Shown here in pieces: positions 9,024-18,524 of a DNA stretch of 64,000 nt. Numbering within the stretch: the stretch's first letter is position 1; each line of letters starts with the position of its first letter. Source of the DNA: Gammaproteobacteria bacterium (GTDB lineage: Bacteria > Pseudomonadota > Gammaproteobacteria > Eutrophobiales > Eutrophobiaceae). The notes below the pieces were generated by a model. The model was not told where the DNA came from. It was given only the letters and a program-made list of their open reading frames with translations, and ran no database searches. Both the position numbers and the translations under genes were made by a program. The stretch lies in contig JAJFKM010000074.1 of NCBI GenBank assembly GCA_021773215.1, positions 12,386 to 76,385 on the forward strand, given 5' to 3'.

Positions 9024-12000
9024 TTAAATCAGATATCCAGATTTTTTTTTATTAAATCTGCCAAATTTCAGCATGATGGCCGGCATGATAAGCAGGTTAA
9101 GTATAGTAGATGATGCCAATCCACCAATAATGATTGCCGCCATTGGCCCCATAATTTCGCGACCAGGGTTATCGCTATTAATGGCAATGGGCAACATTGC
9201 CAATGCAGTTACTAATGCCGTCATCAAGATTGACGGCAATCTTTCCTTTGCACCTTGTATTGCCACCTCAAGATTCCATGGCAAACCCTCTTCCTGTACC
9301 AGATACTGATAGTGTGAAACCAGCATGATTGAATTCCGAATAGTAATTCCAAAAAGCGTAACAAACCCCACCAGAGAACCAACTGAAAGTCCCCCACCGG
9401 TAATCAATACCGCTATTACACCGCCTACTAATGCAAATGGTAGATTGATTAACATCAATAACACATGCCTGAAACTGCCAATAGCGATGTAAATTAACAT
9501 CATCACGATAGCCAACACTAAAGTCGATAGTACGATCAATTCCTCTTTTGCCTTAGCTTGCTCAATTGCAGCTCCGGTGAACTCTGGATAAATTTCAGCA
9601 GTAAATTCAACCTCTGCAAATATGGTATCTTCAAGATCATCCATGAAACTGACAATATCTCGATTAATAACATTGCTAGTAATGCTCTGTAATCGTTGTC
9701 CATCCTGATGCAAAATATTGTATCGACCACTCTGTTGTCGTATATCCGCAAATTCTTCCAAGGGCAACAATAAACCTCCGGCAGTTTTTATGGGTAATTG
9801 ACGCACATCATTAGGTGTTTGACGTTTGTTTTCAGGCAGGCTGACCACGACATTGAAAATTCGATTGTCTTCCTGATATTTCGCAACAGACAATCCTTCG
9901 AATCCAGTTTTAATACTATCCACGACTTCAAGTGGGGTAAGACCGTGCTCTTTTAATTTATCCAGTCGTAATGCAATCTGTAATAGTGGTGTCGGAGTGG
10001 AAGACTGAACTTGTACGCTGCTAGCACCTTCGATTTTTTTCATCACCGCAGCAACTTCCGTCGCTTTTTTGTCTAGCGCATCCAGATCATTACCATAGAT
10101 ATTAACGACTATTGGCGTGGTATATCCCGAGATAGTTTCGTGTATACGTTCAGATAAAAAATTATGTGCTTCATAGCGTAAGCCAGGAAAATTGTTCAAT
10201 GTATCGCGGATGCTATCTAATACTTGCTGCTGTTCTGAACCACTTAAGTTGATATCTAAATCAACTTCAAATTCACTATAGTGACTGCCAAATGTATCAG
10301 CACCACGTTCAGCCCTACCTGACCAAAGAGAAACAGAAACTACTCCCGGGATATCCATAAACAACTCTGAAACTTGATTGCCTACACGAATCGACTCTTT
10401 TAGTGAAGTACCAGAGATACTTGAGGTGTGAACAATATAATGACCTTCTCTGAGGTTAGGAATAAATTGTCCGCCAACACTTGGCAATATCGATAAACCG
10501 GACAAGCATAAGAGTATTGTTGAAATAATAACCAAGTAGGGTGAACGCGAGATTAGTGTTAGTGCCTTTTCATAATACGGCTGCAGCATATTGATTAGTG
10601 GTGGCTCAATGTTTTTCAGTTTGTCTTTTGCCAGAAGCACATAACACAATGCCGGCGTTACCGTTAATGCAACTAATAAGGACATCATGATTGACAGTAT
10701 GTAGGCCATTCCTAGTGGAGCAAACAATCGTCCGGTAATACCACTTAAATGCAATAAAGGAACAAAAACTAAAGCCACAATAAAGCTGGCATAAACAACA
10801 GAACCGCGCACTTCCATAGATGCATTATAGACGACTTCTTTCATCGGCAATGGCTTGCTTAAAAGTTTGTTTTGTCTTAAACGTCGAAATATATTTTCAG
10901 TATCAATGATGGCATCATCAACAACCTCGCCCAATGCAATAGCCAAACCACCAATCACCATAATATTCAAATTCACGCCAAGCTCTAATAAAACCAGAAT
11001 GGCCGTCAATAACGACAAAGGAATCGCCATCACTGAAATAAATGCTGTCCTGAAGTTGAATAAAAAAATCACAAGTACCGCAACAACGAATAGACCGCCT
11101 ATCAATAAATGTCCGGTAATACTACTCACAGAACGTTCTATATAATTAGCCGGCCGAAATAAAGTAGGATGAAGTTTGATATCGTTTTCAGCAAATATAT
11201 CGTCGAGGTCTTGAATGGCCTCTTCAACAGCATTCGATACATTCAAGGTATTTGCACCATATTGACCGATAACCATTAGAACAATGCCTTCTTTGCCCAA
11301 TATAGATCCGGCACCAAAGCTAGGTTCTGCACCGTAATCAATATTAGCAACATCACCAAGTGTGATGCTCACTCCATCAATATGTTTGACGACAACTTGT
11401 TCTAGTTCATCAATTTGTTCCGGCAAGCCTGTTAAACTTAAACTCAAGCGTTGATTACTATTTTCAATGAAACCGGCGCCAAAGATCCCTGTTGCCTGTT
11501 TCGCTGCATCAGCAACTTCATTGATCCCGATATCAAATTGCCGAAGTTTATTTTCATCGATCTGGATTTGCAACTGCTTTACATCGCCACCAAAGACATT
11601 AACATCTGCGACACCCGGCACACTTAATATCGTTGGCACCAAATTCCAATCAACCATGCTGCGCAGTTCCATCATATCTTTGCTAGATGAAGTCACACCC
11701 ATGGTTAAAATTGTTGCCGACGATGAAGCCATAGGCACCGGTACAGCAGGACCAACCCCCTCAGGCAATAGATTAATTAATCCAGCAAGTCTTTCCGATA
11801 CGAGTTGACGATTACGATAGATGTCCGTGTCTTCTTCAAAATAAATATTTACTATCGACAATCCTTGTATTGATTCTGAACGAACATGATCGATACCAAT
11901 AAGGCCAGACAAAGTAGTTTCTATTGGTCGGGTAACAAGAACTTCAACCTGTTCGGTTGAATAGCCAGGTGCTTCTGTTTGCACAACAATCAAGTTCGGA

Positions 12001-12128
12001 GAAAACTCAGGAAAGATATCAAGCCCCGCGCGCGATAATTGATAGACACTATAAATCATCAATAGCATGGCAATCGCTATTACCACACCGCGATAATTAA
12101 TTGAAAACCTGACGAGCGTTGCTAACAT
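9024..12128 (-). CDS. CusA/CzcA-family heavy-metal RND efflux pump
   Basis: 1034 aa with 12-TM RND topology. The N-terminus RFSINYRGVVIAIAMLL...GLDIFPEFSPNLIVVQTEAPGYSTEQVE is typical of the HME-RND family. Confidence 0.85.
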   Translation of the reverse strand: MLATLVRFSINYRGVVIAIAMLLMIYSVYQLSRAGLDIFPEFSPNLIVVQTEAPGYSTEQVEVLVTRPIETTLSGLIGIDHVRSESIQGLSIVNIYFEEDTDIYRNRQLVSERLAGLINLLPEGVGPAVPVPMASSSATILTMGVTSSSKDMMELRSMVDWNLVPTILSVPGVADVNVFGGDVKQLQIQIDENKLRQFDIGINEVADAAKQATGIFGAGFIENSNQRLSLSLTGLPEQIDELEQVVVKHIDGVSITLGDVANIDYGAEPSFGAGSILGKEGIVLMVIGQYGANTLNVSNAVEEAIQDLDDIFAENDIKLHPTLFRPANYIERSVSSITGHLLIGGLFVVAVLVIFLFNFRTAFISVMAIPLSLLTAILVLLELGVNLNIMVIGGLAIALGEVVDDAIIDTENIFRRLRQNKLLSKPLPMKEVVYNASMEVRGSVVYASFIVALVFVPLLHLSGITGRLFAPLGMAYILSIMMSLLVALTVTPALCYVLLAKDKLKNIEPPLINMLQPYYEKALTLISRSPYLVIISTILLCLSGLSILPSVGGQFIPNLREGHYIVHTSSISGTSLKESIRVGNQVSELFMDIPGVVSVSLWSGRAERGADTFGSHYSEFEVDLDINLSGSEQQQVLDSIRDTLNNFPGLRYEAHNFLSERIHETISGYTTPIVVNIYGNDLDALDKKATEVAAVMKKIEGASSVQVQSSTPTPLLQIALRLDKLKEHGLTPLEVVDSIKTGFEGLSVAKYQEDNRIFNVVVSLPENKRQTPNDVRQLPIKTAGGLLLPLEEFADIRQQSGRYNILHQDGQRLQSITSNVINRDIVSFMDDLEDTIFAEVEFTAEIYPEFTGAAIEQAKAKEELIVLSTLVLAIVMMLIYIAIGSFRHVLLMLINLPFALVGGVIAVLITGGGLSVGSLVGFVTLFGITIRNSIMLVSHYQYLVQEEGLPWNLEVAIQGAKERLPSILMTALVTALAMLPIAINSDNPGREIMGPMAAIIIGGLASSTILNLLIMPAIMLKFGRFNKKKSGYLI

Positions 12129-12150
12129 GATTAACTTGAAAATGAATAAA

Positions 12151-12292
12151 ATGGCGTTTCTAAAAATAGTGATTTTTTTGTGAGTGCAAGGAAGTTTCGC
12201 GCACAGAACCGCAGTGTATATTCAATACATGAGGATTCGAGCACGAAGCAGACGCAGCAATCGCGAAAAAAGTGCATTTTTAGAGATGCCAT
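12151..12292. repeat. 142-bp imperfect palindromic element (MITE/REP-like) between adaptor and pump genes
   Basis: The terminal 17-mers atggcgtttctaaaaat (12151-12167) and atttttagagatgccat (12276-12292) are inverted repeats matching at 15/17. The inner arms are partly complementary. A central hairpin tgtat-attca-ataca is centred at about 12222, the same centre as the termini. Confidence 0.55.
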
Positions 12293-12296
12293 ATAG

Positions 12297-13394
12297 TTAA
12301 TCATCATTCTCGTCGGGTATCGCCCACTTAAATTCTTCCGACAACAAGGTCTGCCCACCTTCAGTAACCAGCAAATCATCACCAACAAGCATCTTGTCTT
12401 CCAATAACCAACCATTATCAATCTTTTTAGCCTTGCCCAAAGGCTTTCTTATAAATAATTCTTCCCCATGTTTAACATATATCCACGGCTCATTGGCATA
12501 CCAAAGAACAGCTTCATCTGTAATAAAATAACCTTCACTAATATTGCCGCTCTCTTCTATCCATGCGAATAAACGCATTCCTGATCTTACTTTCTGTGAG
12601 TCCAGAAAATAAAAGTAACTCTCACCATATAGCGGATTATTAACCATCTTTGCTTGATCAAGATAAACGATTTTTTGTGCTAATTCTCTGTTGTTTACAC
12701 CACTGACAAATACTGTTTGATTCTGAAAATCCAGCGACTGGCTTTTAGGTAAAGACAATAATATAAGTGCTTTTTGTTGTGCGGCTACTTCATTGAATGC
12801 ATCCTGCTGTTCTCTATCAAGAATAAGTTTAGATATTATGTCGCCCCAGTTAGATTTGACCTTGAAAACAAAACCATTCACACGTGTATTGATTGCATTT
12901 AGTTCGGACGCCTTTTGATCGCGTTCGAAACGAGTCTTCTCCAGATCTCGTGTTGAAAGACTTTTTACTTTATGTAGAGCCTCTGCACGCTCCAGAATTT
13001 TATTATGATTATACAAATCATTTTGCAACACCTTACGTTCTGCTAACAGATCCTGATGCTCTGCCTTCAATGAAACCAAGGGCTGCACATCAACAACTTC
13101 CGCATAGGCAATAAATTCTGGCTTGATGGAAATACTTTTTAAAGACTCAAACTTCAACCCTGACGCTTCTGCAACTTTTTCATCCAGCGCTAAGGCTTTA
13201 TAACCATCAACGATCGAAATCCTTTCTTCTCCCTCATCCTCGTCATCATCATCTGCGGAATCATTTACTATTAAGTCATTTATTAAATCATTGTCTTTAT
13301 CAATAGTCCGGACAGCCAGAAACGTCGCTAAACTGATAACCAGCAAAATAAGGAAGGATTTAATTAGCCAATTCATTATTACTTCTCTCTTCAA
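12297..13394 (-). CDS. RND efflux periplasmic adaptor (membrane fusion protein), acidic N-terminal stretch
   Basis: It has an N-terminal TM and a coiled-coil hairpin region (LLAERKVLQNDLYNHNKILERAEALHK...), and sits between the OMF and RND genes. The start could instead be the Met at 13376. Confidence 0.65.
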   Translation of the reverse strand: MKREVIMNWLIKSFLILLVISLATFLAVRTIDKDNDLINDLIVNDSADDDDEDEGEERISIVDGYKALALDEKVAEASGLKFESLKSISIKPEFIAYAEVVDVQPLVSLKAEHQDLLAERKVLQNDLYNHNKILERAEALHKVKSLSTRDLEKTRFERDQKASELNAINTRVNGFVFKVKSNWGDIISKLILDREQQDAFNEVAAQQKALILLSLPKSQSLDFQNQTVFVSGVNNRELAQKIVYLDQAKMVNNPLYGESYFYFLDSQKVRSGMRLFAWIEESGNISEGYFITDEAVLWYANEPWIYVKHGEELFIRKPLGKAKKIDNGWLLEDKMLVGDDLLVTEGGQTLLSEEFKWAIPDENDD

Positions 13395-14874
13395 TTAGTT
13401 TTAGCCATGAGGACACAACATCATTTATATTTAATTCAGAATGTGAACTTTGCAACAGGTGGTCCATATCCAGCATGGCATTAATTGCATTATTATAAAC
13501 CGCAATTTGCTCTTGCCTTGCTTTATAAAAAGCTTTCCTGTTCCTTAATAAGGCAACCCCATCTATACCGCCGATGTCTATTTGGGCTTGTATTTCATTC
13601 GCGCGTAGTTCTATAGCATTAATAATTTCATCGCTCACTTGTAAGGCTTTTTTATGGCGCATTATTGAGCGGTGTATTTTATATAAGGCACTCAGTAATT
13701 CTTTCTGTAATACAATTATTTTTTGCTGCTTTATTTTACGTTCTTCAAGTGCAGCTAATATATTCAGGTTTTGTTCAGTATTTTCAAAAAGTGGCAAAAT
13801 CCATGAGGAGCCTAAAGACCAGATGTTATCGGATTGATCAAATATAAAGCCGGGTGATAGCACGATATCTGGATATTGCTTTTCGATCATCAATCGGAGA
13901 TCTGCTTCCGACAAAGCATATTGATTTAATGTAATTGCCATATCTAAATGGTTTTCTAACATTATCTTCTGTAAATCGGTAAAACCAACTGAAATATATT
14001 CCGATTCTTGATATTCAGAATTAGCAAATAACAGCGGAGATATCGTCTCTATAGTAATTCCTTCTAGTTCTGGATATGCCAAGTGAGTCATAGCCAATAA
14101 CTCATCCACCCGATCTTGCAAATTATTTTCTTGAACAGTCAACTGAAACACGCCTTTCTGTAATTCTAATTTTGTACTGTTTAATTCAAATTGGCTCACT
14201 GCACCTAATTCAAATTTATTTTGCAACTGCGCTAACAATTCTTTTAGAACATTTATTTCATTTCTCAATTCTGAAATAGTTGCCTGCTGCACAATATATT
14301 GATGGTATCGCTCTTCAAATAAGCCATATCTTTCTAAAGCAAGTTGATTGATCTTCAGACTGGCATTTAATAAATTTACTTCTGCTTTAGCTTTTCTCGC
14401 TTCTTGTTTACCTTTACGTTCGTAAATAAAACTCAATACTGTACCAATTGTCCATAAATTTGATGTGTCCGTATTATCGCTATGATGTTCAAACGGTAAT
14501 GAAATTTTTGGATTTATTTTATAGTCGATATGGTCAACGACAATTTTAGCTTGTTTCCATTTTTTATAAGCCACTTGCATTTCTGGGTCATAAAATAGGC
14601 CCGTCAAAAACAAACGGTTAATAGAAAATACATTACTTTTCAATTCATCAGCCAATATTCCATTTTCTTTAAGAAAACGGCTTAGCTCAAGGTTCTCTAT
14701 AGTCCATGAATTGATTTCTGCGAACACCCCTGCAAAATTAACAGGTTCTTCCTGATAGACGTGTTTTGCACAGCCCTGTAGTCCTGTACAAATCAGGAAT
14801 AAAATAAAAGAATATTTCATAAACTGAGTCGTAGACTTGGGTATAGTACTAAATCGTGTTAATTGAAATGGCAT
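13360..14874 (-). CDS. TolC/CzcC-family outer-membrane efflux lipoprotein
   Basis: 504 aa with lipobox LQGC and two long coiled-coil repeats typical of outer membrane factors. It overlaps the adaptor gene start. Confidence 0.75.
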   Translation of the reverse strand: MPFQLTRFSTIPKSTTQFMKYSFILFLICTGLQGCAKHVYQEEPVNFAGVFAEINSWTIENLELSRFLKENGILADELKSNVFSINRLFLTGLFYDPEMQVAYKKWKQAKIVVDHIDYKINPKISLPFEHHSDNTDTSNLWTIGTVLSFIYERKGKQEARKAKAEVNLLNASLKINQLALERYGLFEERYHQYIVQQATISELRNEINVLKELLAQLQNKFELGAVSQFELNSTKLELQKGVFQLTVQENNLQDRVDELLAMTHLAYPELEGITIETISPLLFANSEYQESEYISVGFTDLQKIMLENHLDMAITLNQYALSEADLRLMIEKQYPDIVLSPGFIFDQSDNIWSLGSSWILPLFENTEQNLNILAALEERKIKQQKIIVLQKELLSALYKIHRSIMRHKKALQVSDEIINAIELRANEIQAQIDIGGIDGVALLRNRKAFYKARQEQIAVYNNAINAMLDMDHLLQSSHSELNINDVVSSWLKLIEERSNNELAN

Positions 14875-14964
14875 ATTTAAAGAGAATCGAATTACTTGTG
14901 TTTATTATTATTTTTCAACAATCGGCAGCTTAAGGTATTACTTTTATTAAATGAGTAATTTTTT

Positions 14965-15909
14965 ATGTCTATGAATAATATAGTTATTTACCTGCTTTGT
15001 CTGTTCATTATTCCTGCATCTTCCTATGCGGCGCCTGGTTTGTCTGACGTATGTAAAGATTTCAGGTTATTCTCAGAGGATACAGACGAAATTGTTGCGA
15101 CAAATCAAGATACGCCATTCAAGAAAGGCTTGCTGTGGAAGATAGAAAGTCCTGAAGGAAAGATTAACTACTTGTTCGGTACCATGCACTCACAGGACTA
15201 TGCCGTGAGTAGATTCCCCCCCGAGGTACGACTTGCTCTGATTAAAAGCAAAACATTGATTCTGGAAACTATTCCAGATGAAAAAGCTAATCAGACATTT
15301 ATAAATATGATGTTTTTTAAAGATGGCCAACAATTGGACAACTTGTTGGAAGCAGAATTCTTCGATGAACTAAAGCGCTGGATAAAAGATTATGGGGTTG
15401 AGCCAGAACAACTAAAACACCTGAAACCCTGGGCAGCATTCAGTCTGACGGGTAGACCAAAACCGGTTAGGGCACCTACTCTGGAAAGCAACCTATTACG
15501 CTTTGCACAACAACACATGCTAAAAGTAAAATCTCTGGAATCGATGCAGGAAATACTTTCAGCGTTAGATGGTTTGCTAATGGAAGACCAGCTCATCATC
15601 CTCAAAGACACTATCTGTAATCACGATAAAATAATTCGTGAGACCAAAACCTTAGTAGACCTCTACTTAAACCGTGATCTTGCCGGATTGGTGGCATTCA
15701 ATAAACAAGCGCATTATGACGAAGCCGTATTCGATCGCTTCATGCAAAACGTGCTATACGGCCGAAATATAGTAATGCTAGAAAGAATAGAAAAAGCATT
15801 CGCCATTGGGAATGCCTTTGTTGCCGTTGGTGCATCTCATCTAGCTGATGAGAAAGGTCTATTGCAGAACTTAAGTGATAAGGGCTATCAAATTACATCT
15901 GTTTATTGA
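14965..15909 (+). CDS. TraB/GumN family protein
   Basis: It has a signal peptide, LWKIE...YLFGTMHSQD and a C-terminal AVGASHL motif, all characteristic of TraB/GumN. Confidence 0.75.
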   Translation: MSMNNIVIYLLCLFIIPASSYAAPGLSDVCKDFRLFSEDTDEIVATNQDTPFKKGLLWKIESPEGKINYLFGTMHSQDYAVSRFPPEVRLALIKSKTLILETIPDEKANQTFINMMFFKDGQQLDNLLEAEFFDELKRWIKDYGVEPEQLKHLKPWAAFSLTGRPKPVRAPTLESNLLRFAQQHMLKVKSLESMQEILSALDGLLMEDQLIILKDTICNHDKIIRETKTLVDLYLNRDLAGLVAFNKQAHYDEAVFDRFMQNVLYGRNIVMLERIEKAFAIGNAFVAVGASHLADEKGLLQNLSDKGYQITSVY

Positions 15910-16206
15910 TCAATCTGGCTTAACTACTTCATCAAATTTTTGCTTTTGCTCTGCACTCGCTTCGCTTTGATAGCGGTCTTTCCATTCCGAATACGGCATC
16001 CCATAAACAATTTCTCGAGCTTTATCATAATCCATCTCAACTTCTTTCTCTTCTGCTGCAGCCAGGTACCATTTTGATAAACAATTCCGACAAAAGCTGG
16101 CCAAATTCATAAGGTCAATATTTTGTACGTCAGTATGTTCTCTCAGATGTCCTACTAAACGACGAAATGCCGCCGCTTCAAGTTCAATTTTTGTCTGTTC
16201 GTCCAT
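15910..16206 (-). CDS. DUF1244 family protein
   Basis: 98 aa. AAAFRRLVGHLREHTDVQNIDLMNLASFCRNCLSKWY matches the DUF1244 Cys-containing core as I recall it. Confidence 0.7.
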   Translation of the reverse strand: MDEQTKIELEAAAFRRLVGHLREHTDVQNIDLMNLASFCRNCLSKWYLAAAEEKEVEMDYDKAREIVYGMPYSEWKDRYQSEASAEQKQKFDEVVKPD

Positions 16207-16296
16207 CTAAGCTAGCCCTCTGATTTTAGATTTATGTGCGATGCAACATCAGTTATGATAACGTTTAATTACATTATTATATAGATCGGATCAAGC

Positions 16297-17628
16297 ATGT
16301 CGGAGAATATCGAGACACCTCATAAAATAATTATAGTCGGCGGTGGCGCAGGTGGTCTTGAATTGGCCGCGAGACTCGGTAATAAATTGGGGAAAAAGAA
16401 AAAAGCAGAAGTCACACTAGTAGATGCCACATTAACGCACCTGTGGAAACCGCTGCTACATGAAGTCGCGGCTGGCACCTTAAATTCCTACGAAGACGAA
16501 TTAAGTTATCTCGCATTAGGTCATAAAAACCATTTCAAATTCAGGCTTGGCCGCATGGATACCCTGGACAGGGAAAAACAAGAGATTAGTCTGACCCCAA
16601 CACTTGATGTTAATGGCGTTGAATATATTCCTAGACGTACCTTCAAATATGACACCCTGGTTTTTGCTGTTGGCAGCATAACCAATGACTTTGGTATTAA
16701 GGGCGTTAAAGAAAACTGCATGTTTTTAGATACTAGAGTAGAGGCAGACTTATTCCATCAGCATTTTTTTAGAAATGCTTATACGGCTCATGCACAAACC
16801 ACAGGAATGCGTGAAGGACAATTGAAGATAGCCATTGCCGGAGCTGGTGCAACGGGTGTTGAACTATCCGCCGAGTTACATGAAGCCATTAATCAATTAG
16901 TCGAATTCGGTCTTGATGGCATCCCTAAAGAAAATGTAAAAATCACTATAATTGAAGCCGCAGATAGAATACTACCTGCCCTACCGGCTGATTTATCCGA
17001 AAAAACGACAAATGCACTGGATAAAATTGATGTCGAAGTTTTAACAAACCATCGAGTTTCTGAAGCAACTGAGTTGGGTTATGTTACTGACAAAGGTGGA
17101 CTCATCCCCTCTGAAATTAAAGTCTGGGCAGCAGGCATTAAGGCACCTGACTTTTTAACAGAAATAGACGGCCTTGAGACCAATAGAATTAATCAACTCG
17201 TTGTAAAAGAAACACTGGAAACAACGCTCGATGAAAATATTTTTGCATTGGGTGACTGCGCCGCATGCCCAATGAAAGGAACAGACCAAAACGTACCACC
17301 ACGAGCTCAGGCGGCTAATCAGCAAGCCACCATGTTGCTTAAATCAATAACCAATCGCATGAACAATAAACCTCTGCCAACATATACTTATGTTGATTAC
17401 GGTTCATTAATCAATCTAAATCGCTACTCAACTGTTGGTAACATGATGGGGAATCTGCTTGGGAAAAAATCGGGTAGTGTCATGATTGAAGGCGTGTTGG
17501 CGAGATTTGTTTATTGGTCGCTATACAAAATGCATCAGGTCGTCATTCAGGGTGTTATACGTGTAACGCTAACAACCATTGCAAACTTCTTAACGCAAAA
17601 GACAAAACCAAGAATGAAGTTGCACTGA
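16297..17628 (+). CDS. ndh: Type II NADH dehydrogenase (NDH-2)
   Basis: There are two Rossmann motifs (IVGGGAGGLELA, IAGAGATGVELSAE), plus GDCA and a C-terminal membrane-anchoring helix. Confidence 0.85.
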   Translation: MSENIETPHKIIIVGGGAGGLELAARLGNKLGKKKKAEVTLVDATLTHLWKPLLHEVAAGTLNSYEDELSYLALGHKNHFKFRLGRMDTLDREKQEISLTPTLDVNGVEYIPRRTFKYDTLVFAVGSITNDFGIKGVKENCMFLDTRVEADLFHQHFFRNAYTAHAQTTGMREGQLKIAIAGAGATGVELSAELHEAINQLVEFGLDGIPKENVKITIIEAADRILPALPADLSEKTTNALDKIDVEVLTNHRVSEATELGYVTDKGGLIPSEIKVWAAGIKAPDFLTEIDGLETNRINQLVVKETLETTLDENIFALGDCAACPMKGTDQNVPPRAQAANQQATMLLKSITNRMNNKPLPTYTYVDYGSLINLNRYSTVGNMMGNLLGKKSGSVMIEGVLARFVYWSLYKMHQVVIQGVIRVTLTTIANFLTQKTKPRMKLH

Positions 17629-17720
17629 TTTAATTTTTATAGATACGTTCTGTAATTATAACTATTAGATGTTTAAATATAAAATATACCGCCATAAGAA
17701 CAATAAAAGGGTTTGCGTGC

Positions 17721-18092
17721 ATGAAACGAATACTATTAAGTCTCTTACTACTGAATATCTCTTTACCTGTTTATGCTGGCTATGTGAATGGGAATAAACT
17801 ATTGAATGATTGCAGAGGAGCGCTAACGCTTGATGATGGTCGTGAGGTTACCAGAAAGGAAATAGCAAAATCCGGAATATGTATCGGGTATATCATGGCA
17901 GTAAATGATGACCATGACATTCATGTGGCATGGGGAACGATGGAGGAAAAATATTGTGTGCCGGATAGTGCCGCTCCAGATGAGTTAATTAATATCGTGG
18001 TGAAGTATATGGAAGCCAATCAAGAGCTATTACATTCTAATGCTGCTGGTCTAGTAAATAATTCACTCTATGTAGCCTTTCCTTGTAAGTAA
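17721..18092 (+). CDS. Secreted Rap1a/Tai4-like small protein (putative orphan T6SS immunity-family protein)
   Basis: It has a signal peptide followed by the pattern GN.L...C ... C.GY..AV.D ... YC.P......L...VVKY.E.N.E..H..AA.LV...L..AFPC. I recall this as the Rap1a/Tai4 family signature. Confidence 0.5.
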   Translation: MKRILLSLLLLNISLPVYAGYVNGNKLLNDCRGALTLDDGREVTRKEIAKSGICIGYIMAVNDDHDIHVAWGTMEEKYCVPDSAAPDELINIVVKYMEANQELLHSNAAGLVNNSLYVAFPCK

Positions 18093-18524
18093 ATGTTACT
18101 CATCCCCAATAATAATTAGCTGCCCCTATACTCAATTTATTTATTGAGGATTCAGTATTACAGAAATTAACTTCTGCTTTCGGATATTATTAACTGTGTA
18201 ATAATCCGGGTTCGGCCATAAGCAGTCATTACAGTTTTCATTATTTATCACTTAGGAAACACTAATAACTAAAGCATAGTTACCTGCTGGATATTTGATT
18301 ATATAATTCCGAGAGTGATCAATGCACTGTTTTGCATCACAGTCTTAATGCTCAAAATACCAATTATCATAGCTAAGCTGGTGACCATCAGACTTCCATT
18401 CTGAAACTTCTCCACCAAGTTTAAAGGCACCTGTTCTATTTAAATGATCAATTAGTTGTAAAGCATCATTCTTAATTATAATTCTCAACCCAGTAATAAT
18501 ATTATTCTTAGAAATCCATCTCTT

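Noticed and set aside
12131-12421. A 96-aa minus-strand ORF bridging the palindromic element and the 3' end of the adaptor gene.
   Set aside because: It overlaps the adaptor coding sequence out of frame and reads through a dyad-symmetric non-coding element. Its composition is Cys/Arg-rich and implausible.
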